This document shows, in pieces, positions 8,845 to 18,842 of a DNA stretch of 55,076 bases (positions are counted from its first letter, which is position 1; each line of letters starts with the position of its first letter). The stretch comes from Minisyncoccota bacterium. GTDB lineage: Bacteria; Patescibacteriota; Minisyncoccia; Phycocordibacterales; UBA9973. Both the position numbers and the translations under genes were made by a program. The stretch is from contig JAVHNX010000009.1 in NCBI GenBank assembly GCA_036169735.1, positions 7,558 to 62,633 of the forward strand. Direction: 5' to 3'. The notes under the pieces are model-generated. The model ran no database searches. It was not told where the DNA came from and saw only the letters and a list, made by a program, of their open reading frames with translations.

Positions 8845-10581
8845 ATGAATAAAAATAAAAAAAATATTAAGAATAATAATAATAAATGGTGGGTGAGTGG
8901 TCTTGTGATTGCAGCTTTTGTTTTGTTTTTTCCTTACGGAGTAAATGCTGCGACAATAAATCTTTTTAGTAACAAAGATTCTTTGTCGATTGGTGACGAG
9001 TTTAGTATTGATTTGAAAATAGACAGTGAAAGTGTCGGTATTAATGCGGCACAAGCTACTCTGCAATATACCAAAGATTTGGTTAGTGTTGTGAATGTTG
9101 ATAAAACTGATTCAGTTTTGAATTTTTGGTTAGTTGAACCTTCTGTTGATAAGACTCTTGGTACTATCAATTTTATTGGTGGATCAACAAGTGGTTTATC
9201 TGGTAAATCCCTACAGGTTTTAAGGGTTGTGTTTAAAGTGATAGGCACAGGCACTATAAGTTTGACTCTCAATGACTCAGCGGTTACTGCGAGTGATGGT
9301 TCTGGTACAAATGTATTAACAGCGACCAAGGGGATTGAACTTAGTAGCTTAGTGAAAACAACTGTTTCTGTTATTGTTCCCACTGTAACAAATCCAACCC
9401 CGGAAATTGCCCCTAACGCTCCAGCCAAGCCAGTCATTTCTGTTTTATTGTATCCAAAACCGGACAGTTGGCATGATGTCTCACAAAATTTTGTTGTTAA
9501 CTGGAATTTACCAAAAGACGTCACGGAGGTTGCAGCGGTGTTAAATAAAATTCCAGTTTTCAATCCATCTACTGGAGAGGGTCTTTTTGATAATAAATCA
9601 TTTCCACCTCTTGGTAATGGTGTATCATATTTGCATATACGTTTCAAAAATAATATCGGTTGGGGTATTACCAATAATTATAGGATTGCCATTGATACTG
9701 TTCCTCCACTTCCTTTTAAGGTTTCATCTGTTGATGGATTTAAGACTGAGAATCCTTCACCATCATTTTCTTTCAGTACTAGTGATAGTATTTCTGGAAT
9801 TGCAAATTATATAGTACGCATAGATAATACTAATGAAATTATTTCCCAAAAAGAGACGTTAATTTTGCCTGTATTAAGTCCTGGTCAGCATCGTGTCGTT
9901 GTCCAAGCTATTGATAGTGCTGGGAATTCTGCAGAGGATAGTGTTAGTTTAGAAATCGTACCTTTGGCTACACCGACCGTTGGGTTGTTTAATAAATCTG
10001 TTTCTTTTGGGGAATTTGTTTATGTTTCTGGAAAAGTTAATGCAGGATTGGGTGTGCAAGTTAAATTGAATAGTTTGAATGGGCAAGAAGTGTTTAATGG
10101 AAAAGGAACAGTTGATTCGTCTGGAAATTGGGACATCTTAATTAAAAATCCATTACCTGTTGGTCAATATACATTGACAGTCGTAGCGATAAACGACCTA
10201 GGTGCTTCGAGTTATCCTGCAGAAACTCAATTTATAAATATACGAGCTCAGCCTATTATTTCGATTGGTTTTTTACAATTAGGCTGGTCTGAGATTGTTC
10301 TTTTGTTGATATTTATTTTTATAGCAATAGCTGGTTTTTATGGTTGGTATTATGTTTCTAGAAAAAATAAAAGTGATGCTTATAAAACAGTTATTGGAAT
10401 GGATGTAAGAAAATTAACAGCAATATTAGAAAATGATTTACACTCTTTAAAAGAGACTCACATGTCTTTAAAACCAATTGCAAGCAAAGAAGCAGAAGTC
10501 GAAACTCGTATTGATAAAATGCAAGAAAATATAAATAAAATGAAAAAATACTTACCTGCTGAGATTGAAAAGATTGGCTAA
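8845..10581 (+). CDS. Cohesin-domain surface protein with C-terminal TM anchor and cytoplasmic coiled-coil tail
   Basis: Signal peptide ..LFFPYGVNA. The mature N-terminus ATINLFSNKDSLSIGDEFSIDLKIDSESVGINAAQATLQYTKDLVSVVNV..GTINFIGG..LQVLRVVFKVIGTGTISL (nt ~8950-9340) fits the cohesin beta-sandwich pattern (GDxFxVxVxV..INAxxxxLxY..L). Ig-like modules follow, then the TM helix IVLLLIFIFIAIAGFYGWYYV and a ~75-aa charged tail. The start lies 2 nt after the stop of the dockerin protein. Confidence 0.6.
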   Translation: MNKNKKNIKNNNNKWWVSGLVIAAFVLFFPYGVNAATINLFSNKDSLSIGDEFSIDLKIDSESVGINAAQATLQYTKDLVSVVNVDKTDSVLNFWLVEPSVDKTLGTINFIGGSTSGLSGKSLQVLRVVFKVIGTGTISLTLNDSAVTASDGSGTNVLTATKGIELSSLVKTTVSVIVPTVTNPTPEIAPNAPAKPVISVLLYPKPDSWHDVSQNFVVNWNLPKDVTEVAAVLNKIPVFNPSTGEGLFDNKSFPPLGNGVSYLHIRFKNNIGWGITNNYRIAIDTVPPLPFKVSSVDGFKTENPSPSFSFSTSDSISGIANYIVRIDNTNEIISQKETLILPVLSPGQHRVVVQAIDSAGNSAEDSVSLEIVPLATPTVGLFNKSVSFGEFVYVSGKVNAGLGVQVKLNSLNGQEVFNGKGTVDSSGNWDILIKNPLPVGQYTLTVVAINDLGASSYPAETQFINIRAQPIISIGFLQLGWSEIVLLLIFIFIAIAGFYGWYYVSRKNKSDAYKTVIGMDVRKLTAILENDLHSLKETHMSLKPIASKEAEVETRIDKMQENINKMKKYLPAEIEKIG

Positions 10582-10640
10582 TATATAACATAATTTTAGA
10601 ATATTTTTATAAATAATAGTAAGGTATCAGAATAAAATAT

Positions 10641-11615
10641 ATGGAAGACAATAATAAAATAAATAGTGAATCAGATTGCGAACAATTTTTTAGTTTATCT
10701 TCTGATATTATGGTTATAGCTGACCCGAATGGTGCTTTTAAGAGGGTGAACCCAGCTTGTTTAAAAGTACTGGGATATTCTGAAGATGAAATTTTATCAA
10801 AACCTTTTATTGATTTCGTTTATCCTGACGATAAACAATCAACACTCGATGAAATGGCCCGACAAATTAAAATAGGTTACTCATCAAATTTTGAGAATCG
10901 TTATATTTGCAAAAATGGTAAAATATTGTGGTTTTCATGGCATTCAAGTTTTAATAAAGATAAAGGAGTCACATATGCTATTGCACGTGATATTACTGAG
11001 CACAAAAGATTGGAGGAAGAATTATTAAAAGCTAGTGGTCATAGATATAAAGCTCTTTTTTTATCATCTCGTGATGCTATAATGACCCTTGAACCACCGG
11101 AATGGAAATTTACTTCAGTTAATCCTGCAACAATAAAATTATTTGGAGCTAGTAGTGAAGGAGATCTTCTGTATCATGAACCTTGGGTCTTGTCTCCTTT
11201 ATTACAACCAGATGGAAGTCGTTCAGACGAAAAATCAAAAGAGATGATAGAAAAAGCAATGAAAGAGGGATCAAATTTTTTCGAGTGGACTCATAAAAGA
11301 TTAAATGGAGATGAGTTCCCAACAGAAGTACTTTTGTCAAAAGTAGAACAGAATAGTAATACCTTTCTTCATGCTGTTGTTCGGGATATTTCTGAGCGCA
11401 AAAAAATAGAAGAAAAAATTAAAGAGGTCAATAAGGAACTTGAGACTAAAATAAATGAACGAACAGAAGAACTTTCTAATAGAATAAAAGAACTCGAAAG
11501 TTTTAATAAAGTTATGATTGGTAGAGAATTAAAAATGGTAGAACTAAAAAAAGAAAATGAAGAGTTGATGGAAAAAATTAAAAAATGTAATGATAGTGAT
11601 AATAAAAATATTTAA
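10641..11615 (+). CDS. Cytoplasmic tandem-PAS protein with C-terminal coiled coil, no recognisable output domain
   Basis: Two PAS-like segments (..IMVIADPNGAFKRVNPACLKVLGYSEDEILSKPF..ARDITEHKRLEEEL and ..AIMTLEPPEWKFTSVNPATIKLFG..VVRDISERKKIEEKI). They are followed by a heptad-rich ELETKINERTEELSNRIKELESFNKVMIGRELKMVELKKENEEL. Confidence 0.75.
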   Translation: MEDNNKINSESDCEQFFSLSSDIMVIADPNGAFKRVNPACLKVLGYSEDEILSKPFIDFVYPDDKQSTLDEMARQIKIGYSSNFENRYICKNGKILWFSWHSSFNKDKGVTYAIARDITEHKRLEEELLKASGHRYKALFLSSRDAIMTLEPPEWKFTSVNPATIKLFGASSEGDLLYHEPWVLSPLLQPDGSRSDEKSKEMIEKAMKEGSNFFEWTHKRLNGDEFPTEVLLSKVEQNSNTFLHAVVRDISERKKIEEKIKEVNKELETKINERTEELSNRIKELESFNKVMIGRELKMVELKKENEELMEKIKKCNDSDNKNI

Positions 11616-11618
11616 TAT

Positions 11619-12321
11619 ATGAATTTAGCTCAAAAGGGTATAATTACTTCTGTAAAACAAATTGCTATGCGTACTACTGAAGTGGTAATCAAAGTGCCTG
11701 CGGATTTTAATTTTATTGCAGGACAATACATTTGGCTTCAGATTCCTATCTTAAAATATCCTGATGTAAAAGGTAACACCCGAATGTTTTCTATAAGTTC
11801 TTCTCCAAATAAAAAGGGCGAATTGGGTATTGTTTTTAGAAATACTGAAAGTGGATACAATAAAACTTTAACAGAAATTATACCTGAGACCGAGGTTATT
11901 TTTTCAGGACCTTTTGGACCTCTGAAGCTTCCGGAAAATAATTCATTGCCTATTGTTTTTTTGGCGGGTGGAATTGGAGTATCTCCATTTTTAAGTATGA
12001 TTCGTTTTTCAAATGAAAATCATTCGAGTCGTAAGATTATACTTATCTATGTAAATACAAATGAAAAAGAGATAGTATATCTTGATGAATTAAGGAAGAT
12101 AGAAAAAGAAAACTCAAATTTTAAACTTTATTGTACTTGTGGTCTCTTAAAAGAAAGAGTTTTGAAGGATTCACTAGGTGAGCTTATTAACCAAAAGGTT
12201 ATTTGGTCAGTTATTGGACCTAAAGGTTTTGTTGATTTCGTTAGTAAATATTTAAATGAAAAAGGCATATCCCCACAAGATATAATTTTTGAACAATTTT
12301 ATCCAGACCCATCTCTAAAAA

Positions 12322-12329
<8 letters not shown>
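11619..12329 (+). CDS. FNR-like FAD/NAD(P)H oxidoreductase (ferredoxin-NADP reductase family fold)
   Basis: FAD-binding RxFS motif (TRMFSISSSP), a GPFG segment, and the NAD(P)-binding GGIGVSPFLSM. Size 236 aa. The start is 3 nt after the PAS gene stop, and the stop overlaps the next gene's start by 8 nt. Confidence 0.7.
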
Positions 12330-14121
<1,792 letters not shown>

Positions 14122-14124
14122 GTA

Positions 14125-14151
14125 TTGCACAAATTATTATTGTGATATAAT
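14125..14151 (+). promoter_or_regulatory. Candidate promoter: TTGCAC-N15-TGaTATAAT, with the -10 ending 8 nt before the ATG at 14160
   Basis: Hexamers read directly from the sequence. The spacer is short (15 nt), but an extended -10 TG is present. Confidence 0.35.
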
Positions 14152-14159
14152 ATATCAGT

Positions 14160-14555
14160 ATGAATCAAACGAAAATTCTTTTAGTTGAAGATGATAAAAT
14201 ATTGGCCAAAGTTCTTTATGAAGAATTAAGTGAGGCTGGTTTTGATGTAAAACAAGCATTTGATGGTGGTTCTGTTTTGGGTATGGCTAAGGAAGAAAAA
14301 TCAGATTTAATTTTGCTTGATCTTATTTTGCCCAAAAAACATGGTTTTGAAGTTTTAGAAGAACTTAAGAAATCCGCCAAAACAGCAAGTATTCCTGTAG
14401 TCATCCTTACAATGTTGGGCAGTGATGAAGATTTGAAAAAAGGTCTTCAGCTTGGTGCTGATGATTATATCGTAAAATCTCAGCATGCCGTCGGAGAAAT
14501 TGTTGAGAAGGTAAAAGCTTTTATTGAAAAACAAAAAGAAAATACTTTAGTTTAA
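14160..14555 (+). CDS. Single-domain response regulator (receiver only, CheY-like)
   Basis: Receiver signature LLVEDD .. LILLDLILP .. VVILTMLG .. YIVKS. At 131 aa there is no room for an output domain. Confidence 0.9.
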   Translation: MNQTKILLVEDDKILAKVLYEELSEAGFDVKQAFDGGSVLGMAKEEKSDLILLDLILPKKHGFEVLEELKKSAKTASIPVVILTMLGSDEDLKKGLQLGADDYIVKSQHAVGEIVEKVKAFIEKQKENTLV

Positions 14556-14588
14556 AAATCTAAATTTAAAAATAATTTTTTATTAAAA

Positions 14589-14966
14589 ATGAACAATGAT
14601 AAAATAAAAGTAGTTCTTATAGTGGAAGATGATAAAGTTATTTCTGATGCATTAAATGAAGAGTTTTTAGAGGCTGGTTTTGAGGTAATACAAGCCTTTG
14701 ATGGAGTACAGGGATTAGACTTAACCAAAACTCACAAACCAAATTTAATTCTTTTGGATATTATGATGCCAAGGAAAAATGGTTTTGAAATGTTGAAGGA
14801 ACTCAAAGAATCACCAATAACAAAAAATATTCCTGTGATTGTCTTGACTGCTTTAGGTCAAAATGATGATATAAAAAAAATAATAGATCTCGGAGCAGAA
14901 GGTTATATAGTAAAATCTGGAAAATCTCTCACTCAAGTTTTGGAGGAAGTAAAGATTTTTCTTTAA
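14589..14966 (+). CDS. Single-domain response regulator (receiver only), paralog of the preceding gene
   Basis: LIVEDD .. LILLDIMMP .. VIVLTALG .. YIVKS. 125 aa. Confidence 0.9.
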   Translation: MNNDKIKVVLIVEDDKVISDALNEEFLEAGFEVIQAFDGVQGLDLTKTHKPNLILLDIMMPRKNGFEMLKELKESPITKNIPVIVLTALGQNDDIKKIIDLGAEGYIVKSGKSLTQVLEEVKIFL

Positions 14967-14974
14967 AATATCTA

Positions 14975-15829
14975 ATGAAATTAAAAATAATAATCTCTAT
15001 TCTGAAAGATTCATTTTTTCATTGGCAAAACCATCGTGCTTCACGTATGGGTGCGGCGCTTTCGTATTACACTATTTTTTCTATTGTTCCATTGTTGACA
15101 CTTTTTCTTGTCGTTATTGGTTCATTTTTGGGTCATGGTTATATCCAAACAGAAATCGTTGGGCAAGTTCGTATTTTGATAAATGAACAAAGTGCAGATT
15201 TTATTCAGTCTCTTTTGACAGGTATTGGTGAAATAAAATTAGATTTTATAACTATTCTTGCCGGTATTATTACTCTGGTTGTGGGAACATTGGGAGTTTT
15301 CTACGAACTAAAAAATTCACTAGATGACCTATGGGATACTGAACAAACAGGAAAAGAGACAAAAGGTTGGAAATACTTTTTTTCTTCTCATCTTCTTTCA
15401 CTTTCTGTAATCCCGATTCTTGGTTTTTTGTTTATTGCTTCGTTGGTGTTCAGTGCTGTTCTTAGTTTTATTTCTGGGTATTCTCCAGTTCTGGCAAATA
15501 TGACATATTTGTTTCAAGCTAGTACTTTTATATTTTCTTTTTTAATATTAAATTTTTTAGTTGTGTTTATTTATCGTTTCTTACCAAAGAGACAATTGCC
15601 CTGGAGAGAGCTTGTCCGTGGAGCATTTATTACGACTATTCTTTTTATGGTCGGTAAATTTTTTATTAATATTTATTTAGAGAAGTTGGTTGGGGCTTCA
15701 GTTTTTGGAGCTGCTGGAGCGTTCGTTGTCCTTCTTCTTTGGATTTATTACTCTGTGCAGATTTTCTTATTTGGTGCGTCATTGACCTATGTTTATTCTA
15801 AAAGGTATGGGCATTTAAAAGACAAGTAA
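14975..15829 (+). CDS. YihY/BrkB-family integral membrane protein
   Basis: The characteristic N-terminal RASRMGAALSYYTIFSIVPLL, followed by about 6 hydrophobic helices. 284 aa. Confidence 0.7.
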   Translation: MKLKIIISILKDSFFHWQNHRASRMGAALSYYTIFSIVPLLTLFLVVIGSFLGHGYIQTEIVGQVRILINEQSADFIQSLLTGIGEIKLDFITILAGIITLVVGTLGVFYELKNSLDDLWDTEQTGKETKGWKYFFSSHLLSLSVIPILGFLFIASLVFSAVLSFISGYSPVLANMTYLFQASTFIFSFLILNFLVVFIYRFLPKRQLPWRELVRGAFITTILFMVGKFFINIYLEKLVGASVFGAAGAFVVLLLWIYYSVQIFLFGASLTYVYSKRYGHLKDK

Positions 15830-15867
15830 AACTGTTTATGTTTCAAGTTTATTGCTACAATTAACCT

Positions 15868-16902
15868 ATGGAAAAAAAGAGATTAGAAATCATATCGTTT
15901 TCAGTTCTTTGTGCAGGGATATTAGTCCTGACATTTTTTGTTTTTCGACCATTTTTAAGTATTCTAGTTTTGGCTGCAGTCTTGAGTATGCTTTTTCGAC
16001 CATTGTACAAAAAAATGCTGCATTCCTACAAGGGAGGTAAAAGTTTTTTTGCTATTATAATAGTACTTCTAGGTCTTGTTTTTCTAATAATTCCAATTAT
16101 ATTTTTTGGGTTACAAATTCTAGGTCAAATACAGGTTCTTTTTTCTTCAATTCAAAATGATCCAGGTCAATCGATCCAGGTTGTGCAGTCTACTATCGAA
16201 TCTATTGCTCAGCCGTTGTTTCCAAATTTTTCTTTTCATATATCTGATTATGCTTCTACTGTGCTTTCTTTTGTTTCAAACAATTTCAGTACACTTTTAT
16301 CACAAACAGCTTATTTGTTTTTTCAAACACTCTTTCTTTTAATCACATTCTTTTTCTTCTTGCGTGATGGCGAAAAAATATTTTCTTCGTTAATTTCATT
16401 GAGTCCTTTTGGAAAAGAACAAAATAAAGAAATTCTTGGGTCTGTACATAAGGCCGTAACATCAGTAATAAGAGGTACACTTCTTGTTGGATTAATACGT
16501 TGGGTTCTTTTGACGACTGTATTTTTCTTATTTGGTATTCCTAATGCTTTAATATGGGGAAGTATTGCAGGTATTATTGGGATAATACCTGGGGTTGGTA
16601 CTCCTTTTGTTATTATACCGACCGTTGTTTATTTGATACTTACTGGTAATATTTTTTCGGCAATTGGAATAGGTTCATCGGGTATTCTAATCATCTTTTT
16701 TGTCGACAATATGCTTTCTGTTTATTTTTTTGGTAAGGGCTTAGAAGCACCGTCTATTTTTATTCTTTTTTCCATTATCGGTGGAGTAATATTTTTTGGT
16801 CCACTTGGTTTTATTTTTGGACCAATAGTTTTGTCTCTCTGTATTTCTATGATAGAGATGTATAAAATACTTCTACAAAAAACAAAAGAGCTACCAGGTT
16901 AA
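15868..16902 (+). CDS. AI-2E (PerM/UPF0118) family transporter
   Basis: 344 aa polytopic membrane protein with FFFLRDGEKI and ..VIRGTLLVGLI.. segments typical of the family. Confidence 0.7.
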   Translation: MEKKRLEIISFSVLCAGILVLTFFVFRPFLSILVLAAVLSMLFRPLYKKMLHSYKGGKSFFAIIIVLLGLVFLIIPIIFFGLQILGQIQVLFSSIQNDPGQSIQVVQSTIESIAQPLFPNFSFHISDYASTVLSFVSNNFSTLLSQTAYLFFQTLFLLITFFFFLRDGEKIFSSLISLSPFGKEQNKEILGSVHKAVTSVIRGTLLVGLIRWVLLTTVFFLFGIPNALIWGSIAGIIGIIPGVGTPFVIIPTVVYLILTGNIFSAIGIGSSGILIIFFVDNMLSVYFFGKGLEAPSIFILFSIIGGVIFFGPLGFIFGPIVLSLCISMIEMYKILLQKTKELPG

Positions 16903-16924
16903 GTTTTGGTTAATTTTATAAAAA

Positions 16925-18838
16925 TTAAAATAATGAATTTAAGAGTTTTTCAAGAGAAATTGTAGCAACTCCGACTACACTATCAGCTCCTCCATAATAC
17001 ATAAATAGTGTGCCATTTCTAACTGTCGTACCACAAGGAAAAACTACATTTGGAATCACTCCAAATTTTTCATAAGGAGTTTCTGGTTGGAATATTGGTT
17101 GACTGGCTCTAGCTATCACATTAGTTGGGTTGTGAAGGTCTAAAAGGGCCAATCCCACTCGATAAGTGTGGTGATTGGAAGAAACACCATGATACAGTAA
17201 CAACCATCCTTTTGAGGTCTTTATTGGAGGTGCAGTGATGCCAACTTTTTGACTATCCCACATGCCTTTTCTTGGAAGAAGGATTGGTGTTGCGATATGG
17301 AGTGGTCCATTTATAAAATCTAGAGAATCAACATAGTTTGCGCAGATATCAGAATACACTCTGTGTAAAATTAAATATTTTTCATATATTTTTTCTGGAA
17401 AAACACAGGCATCTTTATCGTCTATATTTGGAGGAGAAATAATAATTGGTTTTTTCCAGTCCCATTTTTTATTTAAAAAATTTTCTTTGCTAATAGAAGT
17501 TAATGCAACTCTGGGAGGATTTATGCCATTGTAAGCTGTATAGCACATATAAATTTCGTCATCGATTAGAGTTAGGCGCGGGTCTTCACATCCACTATTT
17601 CCTGGATGACTTTTATTTTCAAAAAGTTCTCTCGGGACATAAATAGGTCTATCTTCTCTATAGGAAATATTGTAGCCGTCTTCTGAAGAAGCATAACCGA
17701 CATAAGAAGTGTCATCTTCAGACATGGCACGATAAAGTATGTGAGTTGTATTTCCTATTTGAATTGAAGCAGGATTAAAAACTCCGTGCATTTCCCATGA
17801 TACACCTTCCCTTGGGGTAAGGATTGGATTTTTTTCATACCTAGTAAAATAAGTACTCATGGAATTTGGCATTAGACCACTTAAAAGATTATCTAAATTG
17901 ACCGAAGCTCTGGCACAGACAGAGTCGGCTGCTCCGTAATATATTTCTAATTTTTTTTCATTTATTAACGCACCAGAAGGAAATACAATATTTGGAATCT
18001 GACCGAATCTTTCATAAATTTCGGTGGGAGTAAACATTGGACCTTTAGTACAGCCAATTATTTTTTTAGGATTATTTAAATCTAAAAGTAATGCTTCTAT
18101 ACCAAAGACCTTTTGAAAGGGATTGTTTTCTTTGAAGTAATTTTCTATGTGACTATAAATAAATAACCAACCTTCTTTTGTTTTTATTGGGACAGCTCCG
18201 ACTTCAACATGATCATAATTTGTCCTGCGTGGATCTATGCTATGTTGGTCTAATTCTCTATACCATTTATCCCAGTATAATGGATCCCACATATCTTCTA
18301 ATTTATCGAATTCGGCAAAACATATTTTTGCTGGTGGTAGATCGGTATTTACAGATAAAACCGCGACGTATTTACCATTTATTTTTTCTGGAAATAGAGC
18401 CATCGCTTTTGCGTTAAAAGGAGTAATAAGATATTTTTCTTCTACACTTTTAAAATCTTTTGTTATTGCGACAGCAATTTTTATGCCTTCTGCGTTGAAA
18501 GGATAATTTGAAAGGGCAGTATAAAAGATGTAAAATTTGTCATCTATTTTAGTAACTCTTGGATCTTCACAACCGTATCTTTCCCAATAATGTTCTGGGG
18601 CTATTAGTTGTCTTCTTTCAGAAAAACTTGTTCCATCCTCGCTTGAGGTGTAACCAATAGAAGAGATGTTCATGCTGCCACCGAAATAAGATTCGGAAGA
18701 AGACATTGCTCTGTAAACATAATGTATTTTTTTGCCATCTCTTACTGGGCACCAATTAAAAACCGCCTCAGCTTCCCAAGGTTCACTTGCATTAGGGGAT
18801 AGTATGGGGTTACGTGGTGATTTTTTTATTGTGAACAT
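16925..18838 (-). CDS. Tandem double GH130-like (beta-mannoside phosphorylase family) protein
   Basis: Two ~310-aa halves each begin with ..NPIL(S/T)P.. and contain the GH130-type GCEDPR motif (GCEDPRVTKIDDKFYIFYTA; GCEDPRLTLIDDEIYMCYTAY). Each half ends in ..YYGGADSV / YYGAADSV. Confidence 0.7.
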   Translation of the reverse strand: MFTIKKSPRNPILSPNASEPWEAEAVFNWCPVRDGKKIHYVYRAMSSSESYFGGSMNISSIGYTSSEDGTSFSERRQLIAPEHYWERYGCEDPRVTKIDDKFYIFYTALSNYPFNAEGIKIAVAITKDFKSVEEKYLITPFNAKAMALFPEKINGKYVAVLSVNTDLPPAKICFAEFDKLEDMWDPLYWDKWYRELDQHSIDPRRTNYDHVEVGAVPIKTKEGWLFIYSHIENYFKENNPFQKVFGIEALLLDLNNPKKIIGCTKGPMFTPTEIYERFGQIPNIVFPSGALINEKKLEIYYGAADSVCARASVNLDNLLSGLMPNSMSTYFTRYEKNPILTPREGVSWEMHGVFNPASIQIGNTTHILYRAMSEDDTSYVGYASSEDGYNISYREDRPIYVPRELFENKSHPGNSGCEDPRLTLIDDEIYMCYTAYNGINPPRVALTSISKENFLNKKWDWKKPIIISPPNIDDKDACVFPEKIYEKYLILHRVYSDICANYVDSLDFINGPLHIATPILLPRKGMWDSQKVGITAPPIKTSKGWLLLYHGVSSNHHTYRVGLALLDLHNPTNVIARASQPIFQPETPYEKFGVIPNVVFPCGTTVRNGTLFMYYGGADSVVGVATISLEKLLNSLF

Positions 18839-18842
18839 AAAT

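Noticed and set aside
8934-9674. 246-aa ORF on the minus strand, opposite the cohesin-protein gene
   Set aside because: It is entirely antisense to a well-supported CDS. Its composition is low-complexity and it shows no motifs, start context or terminator. It is a typical shadow ORF.
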